Below are positions 14,151 through 25,392 of a DNA stretch of 64,000 bases, piece after piece (the first letter of the stretch is position 1; every line of letters begins with the position of its first letter). The stretch lies in NCBI GenBank assembly GCA_964106645.2, contig OZ067050.1; one strand, given 5' to 3'. The notes under the pieces are model-generated. The model saw only the letters and a list, made by a program, of their open reading frames with translations. It did no database searches and was not told the origin of the DNA. Made by a program: the position numbers and the translations under genes. This DNA is from Podarcis pityusensis. Taxonomy: Eukaryota.

Positions 14151-15467
14151 TCACTTCCTCCTGTCTTTCTGTTTCCTCTCTTGACGTCTGCCCTGCTGGT
14201 CAGCCAAGGAGCGTGGTATTAGGATAACACTACCATTACTGGCGTACTGTAGGGCATACTGATTCGGGGAGTAGGGCTGGCCATTCTCATCACGCAGGCG
14301 GCCAAATACCTCCTGATAGAGGTTCTGCACCTTTTGCTTCATCTGGCGAATGGACCTGAGAAACTCCACCTTCTCCCTGAGCAGCTTTGACTTGTCTCTC
14401 TGCAAATCCTCTACATCCCGTTCCAAGTTGAGGATAGTGTCCAGCTTTCTCTTACGACAGTTCTGGGCAGCCATCTTATTCTTGCCCCGTCTCCGGATGT
14501 CCCGGATTAAGCTCAGCTGGGCCTCACTCAGTTGGTACTTGGACAGGAGTTCATTGAATTCTTCTACAGGCAAGTTGATGATCTTCTCGTTGGGGAAAGG
14601 GATCTTCATGGCTCGGGCCCGGTGCTCATCTCGGCTCATCTGCTTATCCAAGAAGTCTGCCTGTTTATCCTTGGCACTCTTCTTCCCCATGGTGGCTGGC
14701 TGGGGCTCATCAGTGTCTAAGGTCCTGGGGGCCATGTTGTAGGTGTGATTGTGACCTACATGCTCCAGATAAGGCAGATATTGCAGCTGAGAAGGGTTCT
14801 GGTAGCTCATACGACAAAACTTGCTGTACTCTGGCTGGTACCCAACTGCCCCTTCTGCATCTTCAACGTCCACATTTTCAGAGTCCGAGTTGTAGCCCAC
14901 AGCACCTTCCTCAGAAAAGGAGGAGGAAGCTGAAGATGATGATGACGATGCTTCTGAGCTGCTGAGAGAAGCAGGACTGTGGCTCGAGTCCAAGGAGAGC
15001 CCCGAGTCGGAATCAAATTCTTCCTCCAGGCGGGAAGCCTGCACTGGGTTGAAGCCTTCTTCGGTGGCCAAGTCCATCAAGCTAATCTCATCTAGCATGG
15101 CTTCATCAAGGAGTCCCCCAAGAGGATCTGGCAGCTCAGGCCCAGATGTTTCGTTTACAGTGCCATTTAACTGGGGAGGGAAGAAGATCCCACTCAGGTT
15201 GGTAGAGCCAAATGTGGTGTTGAAGCCAGTGGAGTTGTCAGGAGCCAGCTGCAACAAAGCTGAGCTGCCAGCTACTGAGAGGTTCTCCATCTCAGAGCTG
15301 AACAAGGAAGCAAAGTCTTGTGTACAGCTGCCCAGTGATGCCTGATGCAGGCTGACATTCTGGTTGATTGGGGTGGATGGAGCAAGGCTGTAGTTGGCAT
15401 TCAGAATGTCTCCACCTGTGCTATCGTACAGGGTCCCTGCAGCTGCTGTGCTGTTCACCTCCATACC
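14151..15467 (-). CDS. NFE2L1: NFE2L1/NRF1 last coding exon (NST glycodomain, AD2, serine repeat, CNC-bZIP)
   Basis: GMEVNST...DSGLS degron, HNHTY, RDEHRARAMKIPF, RDIRRRGKNKMAAQNCRKRK basic region and leucine zipper; tttcAG acceptor at 15469-15468. Confidence 0.98.
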   Translation of the reverse strand, partial: GMEVNSTAAAGTLYDSTGGDILNANYSLAPSTPINQNVSLHQASLGSCTQDFASLFSSEMENLSVAGSSALLQLAPDNSTGFNTTFGSTNLSGIFFPPQLNGTVNETSGPELPDPLGGLLDEAMLDEISLMDLATEEGFNPVQASRLEEEFDSDSGLSLDSSHSPASLSSSEASSSSSSASSSFSEEGAVGYNSDSENVDVEDAEGAVGYQPEYSKFCRMSYQNPSQLQYLPYLEHVGHNHTYNMAPRTLDTDEPQPATMGKKSAKDKQADFLDKQMSRDEHRARAMKIPFPNEKIINLPVEEFNELLSKYQLSEAQLSLIRDIRRRGKNKMAAQNCRKRKLDTILNLERDVEDLQRDKSKLLREKVEFLRSIRQMKQKVQNLYQEVFGRLRDENGQPYSPNQYALQYASNGSVILIPRSLADQQGRRQERKQKDRRK

Positions 15468-16561
15468 CTGAAAAGGGGAAAGATAAACTTTATAAGACTC
15501 TAGGTGTCTCTATTTTCCTCCTAGAACACAACTTGAATAAACGGGTACACAAAACAAGTCCTTCAAAGAGGACCCTGTGAGAGAGCAAAGAAAACCAAAG
15601 ACCCAATCATTCAGAAGTTTACGTTAGCATGAAGGGAACTCACTTCCCTTCCACTTGCATGTGTGGAGAACTGGGACACGGGTTTCTGTTTGCAACAAAT
15701 CAGGAACTTGCATAACAATGCAGCATGCTTGCTAGCAACTGTGCCCTATCTACCAAAGCCAGGTCTGCATCCTGCATTACTCAATACTCCTCTGTAGCTT
15801 GCTACCTAGTTATTGGGGTGGGTCCAGGAGGGGGGCGGAAATGGCTCCTATCTGAGACACGCCACTGATAAATCTTTTTGTCTAATATAGGAAGCAGACA
15901 GCAGACAAACATTCAGAAACTGATTGTTCTTAGACAAAATCAGGCCATCTGACCACCAATCTGGCAGCCCAGAGGTGAAAAAACCAGGGTCAGGAGCAGT
16001 GGCTGTGCAATTTGTGGAGGAATTTATTTATTTTTTAAAAAAATCAATACCTGGTATGCAGAGAGGCAAAACATTTCCCCAGCAAGGATAATGAATAGGC
16101 TGCATGCATCCTGTGACAGGGATGCTATATTGTTTTAAGGGTGGGAAAGAACTGTCCCCAAGTTGTAGTGGCTTATTACGACCCTGAAGAGAGAGGTGTC
16201 TTTTGTTTGGCCCTTCCCAGGGGACCGCTGCCCTGCTACGTTGCAGGCAATCACTTGGTACAGTGTGTGCACTGCTTTTGACGACTCTTGAACTAGATGG
16301 TCACCTAACTGCAGCTCTGGTTTCCCATTTGCTGCACATTCTTCTAGGCTCCTGCCTATTGTTATAGGAAAGATGGTTGCAGCAGCAGCAGAAAGATCAT
16401 TCTTCTACAGAAGGAGAAATTCACAAAACAGAGATATTAACAACCTTCACATTTGCCTGAAACCTAGCAAAACACTAAACAGTGGCATGGTAAACCCACC
16501 TGAAGAGAAAGCAGAGGAGGACCTAGAAAAATAAACAAGGGTAGAAGCCAGCCTTCCTCAC

Positions 16562-16723
16562 CTGCGTTTCCATTATAGACATGAGGTCCTGCCACTGCTG
16601 CTCCAGGTCGAAGGGCAACTCTGTCCCTGTTAGTAGGGGAGACAGAAGCCCGTCTGGCACAGTGGAAGGCCCGCTCTCACTCGGCAGAACTTCAGTTAGG
16701 CTGGGGGCATCTGCAGCTGGAAA
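16562..16723 (-). CDS. NFE2L1: NFE2L1 coding exon 4 (Neh5-like)
   Basis: FPAADAPSLTEV...LLSPLLTGTELPFDLEQQWQDLMSIMETQ; 162 nt, phase 0/0, AG/GT flanks. Confidence 0.97.
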
Positions 16724-17144
16724 CTGAAAGCAAAACACCTTTCAGTCATGGTAGGCATGTGGCAGTGAAGCGTCATGTCAGCAACAAATCATTACTCCCG
16801 CTTCCTCTCTGCATGAACTTCTGATACAGACTGTAACAGCCATCCCCCACTCCCAAGGTTCCCTGCAACCACAGTATTAGGGGCTTTAAAGCACTTGCAG
16901 GGGCGGGGAGGGGTGGCATTCTCGCCACTTCTTTCCTGCTAATCTACCTGGCCTTGTGCCTGGAACAAGAACAAGCTTTTCTCTTCATTTGGAAAAATTC
17001 ACAGCCTCACAAGGTTATGGCAAGGGCATGAGATAAAGATTGTCCAAGTCCATTTTTTACACTGAATGCGTCTATAGAAATGCCATATGCTGTTACTACT
17101 AAGCAGTTAAATCTTCCCTTTCCCAAGGGCCATCATTGACCCAC

Positions 17145-17234
17145 CTCCGAATTCTCCCCAAAGGGAAACGTGGCCTCCAGCAGCCTAAGGCACTCCTCCA
17201 AGGACAAGGCTGTCTGGTCCTCAACACCAGGCAC
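17145..17234 (-). CDS. NFE2L1: NFE2L1 coding exon 3, 90-nt cassette exon (Neh4-like; TCF11 versus NRF1-alpha)
   Basis: VPGVEDQTALSLEECLRLLEATFPFGENSE; ttccAG acceptor, GAG|GTGGGT donor; not in the ORF track. Confidence 0.95.
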
Positions 17235-19183
17235 CTGGAAGAGCAAATAATTCAAGTGTCATTTTACTGTAAGATCATCTATACCCGTGCCCTTCAACTT
17301 TTTCAGACCAACCTCCACCGGCAACATATGACTAACTTCTTTTAAAAAGCCTGTACATTCTCCTATTCTTTGTGTGCCTCTTTTAAGAGATATCTGGAGG
17401 GTGGCAATGAGAAAATAGCCCTTTTCTGTCATCCTTCCAGCACCAGGCAGACATTTTTATTCCCCTGGACGTTTCAGCAGCATTAATAGTGGCTGTGTTT
17501 GTGTGTGCTTGTTTGTATACATTTTTATGTGGATGGGGTGGTTATTTTATGTTGCTGCTGATGTTGTAGATGCACATTATAGTGCATCTGCATTGCTTTT
17601 AAAAGTATTGTATTTTGTGTGTTACTGTCTCTGTAATTAACACAGAGACTTCTTTTCTTTTGGCTGAGTAAAGCAATCTATTAGCTGAATAAACTAAACT
17701 AACATTTATCTTTCCTCCTCGCCCCACTCACTTTTATTCTTCTCTTGAACTTAGATAAATGTAATTAATGCTGAGGTGACACCCGTCTCAGACACGGACG
17801 AAACCCAGTGATGTAGTCCAATGCACAGCCTGGGACAGGGCTAAATGCTCAGAACCAGGTAGCCCTGACCAAGAGACACAGTTTCCTAAAAACTCACCTC
17901 AACAGCCAATAGCTACATGGTTGTCTATCTGGCACGGTTTCCAATACCACACCCAGTTCCCTGTCCCACAACCCCTCCACAACCACCCCATTACTTATTC
18001 CAATGACACCCCTGAGTCTCTTCTCAAACACCCTGCATTCTGACAAAATTTCAAATGCTGAAGTCAAGAAAGGGTTTATGTCACACAGTAAAATTTAATC
18101 AAATGCAAATTCTCTTGGTGCAGAATTAGATGCAGCCCCCAAGAAGGGAAGCCCTGCTTCCGGAGGATATTCTAACTGGGGTGAGCCATTCCAGAGGCTG
18201 TCACCTACCCTGCATTCCTGCAGTCTTATAAGTGGGGACTGACTGAACTGAATCTGGAGATCTGATGTGCCCAGTAACAACTGTTCTCAAAGCCATCCAG
18301 GGTCAAGAGTTTATTAACTGGCTTTGATAGGATATCACAGTACTACTCTGAAGACTCAGGATGGATTCACCAAATTAGAAAGAGATATAGACTAGAATGC
18401 CAAGCAAGAGCAACCCCAAGTAGTACTCCTGCCATGTTGGGGGGAAACTCATGGTGATTCTACCTATTCCCCCTGCTGTCCCCTTTGCCCCCACAAAATT
18501 GGTTCCAGAACAGTGTGTGAGGTGTTATAAAGAGAAATAAGGGGAAATGGCCTCCCCACAGCATCTGCTAGCAGGATTCTCTGATAAATCCTAGCCCCAT
18601 TTGGAAGGAGGCTGGCTAGGACCAAACTAATGAGATTTATAGAGAGAGATTTAAAAATTCTTACTAAATAACATACTCTTAACAGTTGCAACCAAAAATA
18701 AGACATGGGAGAAGGCCCAATTCTCACAGAACAGAGGTGAGAAGAAGCCAGGATGCTGGGAGAAGGATCAGAAGGTGGTGGTGTGAAGCCTAGCAAGAAG
18801 CAAGGGGTGTATGTTGAGGACTACCACAAAGCAACAAAGCACAGACCAAGGCCTTTAACCAAGCACGGAAAGGTAATGAATATCTATGCACTCAAACCCA
18901 ACGCAAACGGAGAAGCAGCCCTGCCTGCTTCCTGGGCAGAATCAGCAACACTGAACATCAGTGTTTCAGAACTAATTCCCTTTTAAGAGTTGTGTCTGAA
19001 CTTGAAAAGGGGAGGACATTTTCTAGCATCACAGCTATTTTCTTCCCAAGGCCTACCCAAGCATGCAGTGAGAGGGAGCAGCAGATTTTCCTCTACTGAA
19101 CAGCTACAAAGAACAATCCCAGGATGGTGGATAAGAAAACTGTCCTACCCAACTAGGGAGTTGACTTGTTGTTGTTTTTTTAC

Positions 19184-19399
19184 CTGCGCAGGAAAGCTTT
19201 CCCCTGTCTCGCCATCCACTAGCAAGGCCCTGTCAGCGACATCGCCCCCTCTGCTCCTCCAGCCATCCCCACACTCCTCCCCATTATTTGGTTCTTTGTC
19301 CACTTCGTTCTCCTTCTGGCGGTGGCTGTAGTCAAAAATCTCACGCCCAGCTCCAAGGTCGATATCCTGTCTCCACAGGATGTCAATTAAATCAATGTC
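19184..19399 (-). CDS. NFE2L1: NFE2L1 coding exon 2 (gene exon 3; Neh2-like with DIDLID/DLG and ETGE)
   Basis: DIDLIDILWRQDIDLGAGREIFDYSHRQKE...LVDGETGESFPAQ; 216 nt, phase 0/0; not in the ORF track. Confidence 0.97.
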
Positions 19400-19552
19400 C
19401 TAAAAACAAAAGAAAAACAAGGGGGGACTTAAAAAACTCGTAATAAGGCTTCTCCCTTCCTTGCCGCCCTCTTTTCCCTGGAGGATGCCCTCCCCTGCAA
19501 CTTCACCCTCCCTTGTGACGTACTGCATCCGCCACCATTTGACCCTACTCAC

Positions 19553-19666
19553 CTCCAAGTGCCGCCCTTCATTCTGAATATGGTGCAGCCCCACCTTTCC
19601 TGCTCCTTTTCTGGACCATCCCTGATGTCGTGGGGCTCCAGATACCTTCCCCCCACCTACAGCCAT
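19553..19666 (-). CDS. NFE2L1: Putative alternative first coding exon of NFE2L1 (38-aa N-terminus replacing the ER-anchoring NTD)
   Basis: Strong-Kozak agaATGg at 19666; 114 nt to a perfect GAG|GTGAGT donor, phase 0, 153 nt from the DIDLID exon acceptor. Confidence 0.45.
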
Positions 19667-19859
19667 TCTGCGCTGGGAGCTGGCCAAGAGCGGCTCTGCA
19701 ACGAGGCTGCTCCGGGGCACAGACCGGGAACTCCATGAACAGCAACAGAGCTGTCTCCTTGCCGCTGCCCATGCTACGCAGCAGTGCTCGCTCTGTCCAG
19801 GCAGCAGGGAGTCTGCAGCTTTAACTGCTCAGACGGCTGGCTGGCTGGCAGGCGGAGGG

Positions 19860-20010
19860 AGGGGAGGAAGGAGGGAGGGAAGGGAGGGCCAATTGTCATT
19901 CTGGATTGCTGCTCCATAGCGGGCTTGCATCAGCCTGTGGTGCCATTCTGGCTATTTGCATAAAGGGGTGGGGATTCTCTGCATTTTCAGCCACCTGATG
20001 CAACTCAAGA
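19860..20010 (-). promoter_or_regulatory. Putative internal NFE2L1 promoter with two C/EBP-ATF elements, octamer and CCAAT
   Basis: TTGCATCA 19925-19932, ATTTGCAT 19954-19961, TGATGCAAC 19996-20004, CCAAT 19889-19893, purine tract 19855-19888. Confidence 0.55.
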
Positions 20011-21917
20011 ACCCGGCTTTGCCATGCGTGCTCTGCCTGGCCAGCTCCCTCTGCTCCAGACAGCAGAGCTGCCTACCTTAACCAGCCCTTCAAACTGAAA
20101 GCAAATTGCCCTGCTGAACACATCCAAAACACACTGCCTTCTTCCAGCTACAAAGCAGTGATCAGCCCTCATCCAGACCAGACTCTAGACATGCTTCTCC
20201 TTTGGAATGCCATCTCCCTTCCCCCACAATATCCTGAAAATTCTTCCTCTGCAGGACAGGCCTCTCCCAAGGCTAAGCCACCCCCCACAGGCAGGCTATA
20301 TTTATTCATGCACTGCAGGAGTGTGTTCCTTTCATCCAGGCCCAGCCCTAGAATTGCCAAACACACAGAGGTACCTCCCCACCCTGTGGCACAGGCGGTT
20401 GTTCTTTTTTGTTACAAGGCATATGCAGTTTTTTAAGCGCCACTGTCAGCCAGCACTTCTGGCCCCACCCTCCACAAACCTATTTCTTAAGGAAAACAGA
20501 TACCCACCCACCCCAAACTACTATGCTACTATGTACAGAGGTTACATATGGATCCAGAATTCAGGCTGCCAGAGACACTAATTTTTAAGTTGCTGTTTCT
20601 TTCTTCCAGACAAGAACTCAGCAGAGTAAAGTGCCCTCTTTTTCAGAGCACTACCAAAAGAAAACAGAAAAGTGTCGTGATTTCCCCTTACCCTCCTACC
20701 CCCAATGTCAGAGTATAAGGTTGCTCTGTGTTGCAACACTATTCAGAATTTTCCTCCTGTCAATAATAGCTCTAACTTGAATATGCAAATTCTGGTATCA
20801 GCTTCAATCACTGGTCAAATATTTCAGGACCTCCTTACAAATCAGTCTCTTCTGTAACTGCCAATCCTGTTCTGCTATGGACTCTCACTATCCTCCCCCC
20901 AGCAGAATCAAATGCTCTTTCAGGGCCAAATTTGTCGGAGGCACTATTTGGATCACCTTTCCTCCCCCCCCCCCCACTTCTTGAATTCACCCCAAATTAA
21001 CTAAAACAAGTTTAGACAACCCTCTTCCCCATCTCACAAAATGGGTACCTTGACCAAACCCAACTTTGTTATTCTCCTGCAGTGTGCCCTTTAACACGAA
21101 AAACCCATTCAAATTAAATAATACAATCTGGATGGATGCCTTGTCCAGTTACACACAGAAGATTTCTCAGGTCTCGGGGCAATCTGATGGTGTGGGCAAA
21201 GAGATATGCCAGCAAGGTACCCATCTCTGCCCCCTCCACCTGCATCTTTCAGTAAACAGGCCAGGATACCCATATGGGCCAAAGGCGTCTTTGGTCTGCA
21301 CCCCGTCACCCTCATTTCGACCATCTCCTTCTTCCCAGATGTACCCCCCCCCCATTCCAAGACTCTGCTCACCCTCCCCCACTTCAGGACATTCATTTCT
21401 CACACAACCCATTTCCTCTTGTTCTCAGAGCCTCTCCCTCCTCAAGTCGATATAACACATCCTTTCCCCCCTACAGATTTATTAGCTCCAAGGTGCCTGG
21501 TGGGAAGAGATCTGGCCTGCTCTAGCCACAATCTAATAGCAGGCATGAAGGAGGGGCAAGAAAAGGGTTAAAAGGGATACCTTTCTCATGTCCCCAGCTG
21601 CCGCTCCCAGAGCTGTCCACCCAGATCATGGTCTATGTAGAGCGCAAATTCCGGGCAGGCAGAGCTGGGTGACCCAGGCAGGGTGCTGGACAGACATCTC
21701 TGGTTTCAGTTAACAGTTGCTCTTTTTTTCTTTTCTTTTTTGGCAGGCTTGCCAGCCGCCCCCGAGTTGTTTAGAAGCCCCCCTCCTTTGCCAGCATGTG
21801 ACCCACAGGTGCTGTGCTATCGCCAGCCCTCCTCCCTCCGCCCCAGCATGAGATCCAATCCTCAGCGCTCCTCCTCTTGTTGCTTAGAGGAGTTCCGGCG
21901 AATCCCCACCCCCTGCT

Positions 21918-22260
21918 CAATGCCCAGGCTGCAGATATGGAATCCCCACCCCATGTGCCGGGCTGAGGCTGCAGCGAGACTGAGACAACACCCCCCACCA
22001 CCACACACCCCGTTACCTAGGCTGCAGCCGGAGCCAATCCCCTCCCCCAGGTCACCGCGGAGGATGCAGAGGGAGCCAGGCTCCGCCCTGTGCTGGTTAC
22101 CTAGGCTGCAGAAAGAACCAATCCCAGGCCTCAGGTCCCTGCTGAGGATGCAGAGGAAAGGGCTCCTCCTCGCACTCGTCACCTAGAATGCGAAGAGGAG
22201 AGCCAATTGCTGCTCCTCTCTTCCACCCCGCCCAGGTCGCCCTGGGAGCTGCAGCAATGT
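21918..22260. repeat. Degenerate ~83-bp tandem repeat (3-4 units), GC-rich, in NFE2L1 intron
   Basis: Units start GTTACCTAGGCTGCAG (22012, 22096) or GTCACCTAG (22178), each followed by CCAAT and then an AGGATGCAG-like block. Confidence 0.75.
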
Positions 22261-22724
22261 TTGGGCCTCTGTCTCCTTGAGAAGCTCCCACGCCAAGATG
22301 CCCCACCCAAGCCAGGCAGTGATGCTCGCAGCGGTTCGGGGAACACCGAAAAGAATAAAATGCCAACAACATTCCTTCGCTCTTGCATATCACCTACCAA
22401 AATCAGTCCTGCTAGGCAGCACCCTTGCCTAGAACGTTTTCCCCAACCTGCCGGAGATTACCAAAAGTTCCCTCTTCCGTATCAGCACAGATTTCATCCC
22501 CACCCCCACACTTTTGTTTTATGGCAGCATGGAAGGGTATGGAAGCCCCTCAAGCGCCAGAAAAGCTCTGCTGAAGCCCACTCCGGCTGCTGAGATTTTG
22601 CTGCACTACACTTCAAACTACGCAAAGCCCTAGGAATGAGCATTTACAAATATGGTGAGGGGGGGTCTATGGGTTCTTACAGAACAGCGTTAACATACAC
22701 AGACAGAGTGCCAGGACAGAGGAG

Positions 22725-22861
22725 GGTCAGTGCGTCTTGCTGTTAACCAGAAGGCTGGTGGTTCGAGCCCACCTGGCTGTGGCCAGGATTCCTGCATTGC
22801 AGGGAGTTGGACTAGATGCCCCTCGGGGTCCCTTCCAACTCTACAATGATTCTATGATTCT
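22725..22861 (+). mobile_element. tRNA-headed SINE with CR1-type 3' tail
   Basis: B-box GGTTCGAGCCC followed by GGACTAGATG...CCCTTCCAACTCTACAATGATTCTATGATTCT, the same tail as the CR1 copy at 58.1 kb. Confidence 0.7.
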
Positions 22862-24925
22862 ACTACTACCACATCCACTCACACAGGCAATCAGCATTCT
22901 ACAAATAATAAAACACAAAATATTTATACAGCCCCTTTCCATAGCCACCTCACATATGTTCCCCAATGCTAAAGCATTTGAGACTTTTAAACCTGTGATT
23001 CTAATATGCACTCTTATCTCAGGAAAAGTCCCATCTTAATCAATTGTATTTACATGCATAGGATTTCACTGGCAGTTTAGAAAAGGAAGATCAAGGGACA
23101 TGACAGTAACTTTTTAAATTATTCAAATGTGGAGAAAGCAAAGAGGAAATATTTTCCTCTACTGGTGTAACAAATAACTCAATGAGTAGTTTTTTAAAAA
23201 TCACTTTATCGCAGAACACAATTTAAGGAATTCGCCGCAACAAGCGTGGCTGGGGCAACCCAGTCAGATGGAAGGGATATTTATATTTATATTTATTATG
23301 TGCTGGCTACTGCTTTAGAAAGCTTTAAAAAGGGATTGAATAGGTTAATAGAAGATGGCCATTAATAAACCCAATAACCATGACAGTAAAATGGAACCTC
23401 TACATACATAAGCAGCTGCTGAGGAAGAAACAGGGGAGACTTGTAGCCTCCCTGGAGGCTGCCATGGACCTTTACTGGTCTGATCCAACAGGGCTCCTTT
23501 TCTCTCAGAAATATTTATACCATCCATTTGGATCAGGACAGTTACCAGTGGCTTTTATGTCTGTTTCCCCCCCACAAACAGTCCAGTCTAACCTTACCTG
23601 CCATCCTATTACACATTTACATCCTATACAGTGAAATTAATAAGGTAGGATTCTGTCTACATTGTGTTCTGAAATGAGTTAAGACAGCAATGGGCTAAAG
23701 GTCAAAGATTCGGAGCAAGTACTTGGAACAGAGCAATGCCACAAAATATTATATATTATAGGCCATCCCAAGTTGCATGTTTCAATGCTCTCGTTGATTC
23801 TATCTTCTGTTAGCTGCGGAAGTTCTAACTGTTCAATCCAGCTGAACCTGGTGGTTTCAATTGCCTCCATTGTATTTTGCAGAATATAGTTCAAGTAGGA
23901 ATTGAAAAATCCCAGGTCCTTTGAACATATATGATTTTTTATTTTTTACTGGCACATGGGAACTTAAGTCTGTAATCCTACATTCACTTATTCACTACAT
24001 TCAGTGGGACTTACTTCTAAGTAGACATGTACAAAATTACACTGTAAATAGTTTATTACCCATCTCCTTCTTTAAGACAGAGGAGCTGACACTACAAACA
24101 CATGTTCCACTTCCCCCATTCTACATTATAAATGACAAGAGTGAAAGCATATACCAAAATTACTTACAAAAACCTCATGACAGCTCTAACTAAAAGTAGT
24201 CAACATAGAGGCCAGACAGTCAGTCAACAATGTGTGCTCAGCTCACTGTGTAGTCAGAGCCTAGAGCCACTATGTGGGAATTTTTAAAACCCTGACCTCA
24301 AAATATATTGCCACCCATTTCCACCTAGACTTTTCCCAAACAAGCTTGCAATCACCAACAAGGTGGTTTGATTTAAATCAAGCTGATTTAAAATCAATGA
24401 TTATTATTTCTTCATATAGTTCCTAAATAATGGTGCACATTTGATCATGAAACCATATTCATTTACAGTTTATGCTGCAATCCAAAGAGGAAGGGAACCA
24501 AAGGTGATTGAACTGCTTTAACTTGCACTCCCTCTGGAATTTTCTCTTTAAAAAAATACATAAAACTATTTCCCTGTCATTGGGAATAAAAGAAGGGGAT
24601 TTAGAAGGAGTGATTTATGAAACATCCTGAGCTAGTTGAAATCTCTCCCAGGTTGGGTGGCCAGGAAAGCTGGGAATTCTTCAAACCCAAACCTGATGTT
24701 GTGACAGGGGCTGGCTGGACACTGAGGAGTGGTGGTTGGATACTGAGGAGTGGGCACCACCGGGAGAAGGGGGGTTAGAGACTAACTTGGAAGAAGGGAA
24801 CAGTGATCTGGGGGAGCCGCTAACAGACAGGAGACGAGAATCAGGCAGGATAAGCTGCAGGATTAGAGAGTGAAGAACAGGTTGAGGAGGAGGAGGGAGA
24901 GGTCAGGCTGGTGGAGAGTCAAGGG

Positions 24926-25392
24926 CATGGGTAGGCAAACTAAGGTGTGTGGGCCGGATCAGGCCCAACTGCCTTCTGGATCCGGCCCACAGATGGTCTG
25001 GGAATCGCTGCATGGATTGCCAGCACATGCGTTCTTTCCCTCTCCCTCACACGGCAGCTCCGGCGCTGGCGCCTCCTCCCTCCCTCCCTCCTCCTGGCTT
25101 CTCCCTGCCCTGCCTAGAGGAGGAAGGGGGCTGGCCTTTGTTGGTGCCAGGGTCAGCAGTGCTTGAGCAGCCTTTTAAGCAGCCCCTCTCTGGAGCCCTT
25201 CCGTGTGCCACTCATCGTCCCTCCGCCGCCACCGCCAGCCCCTGCCGCTCGCAAGACAAAGGTAAGCAGCCACCAGGGCTCGTCCAGTACTGTGGAGAAG
25301 GGATGGGAGAGTCGGGGGGTTATAGTCTGGCCCCCCACAAGGTCTGAGAGACAGGGGACCGGCCCCCTGCTGAAAAAGTTTGCTGACTCCTG
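24926..25392. mobile_element. hAT-type MITE
   Basis: Termini CATGGGTAGGCAAACT / AGTTTGCTGACTCCTG; perfect 8-bp TSD GTCAAGGG; related copy at 46716. Confidence 0.92.

Noticed and set aside
14350-15345. Several + strand ORFs
   Set aside because: Antisense shadows of the NFE2L1 last exon
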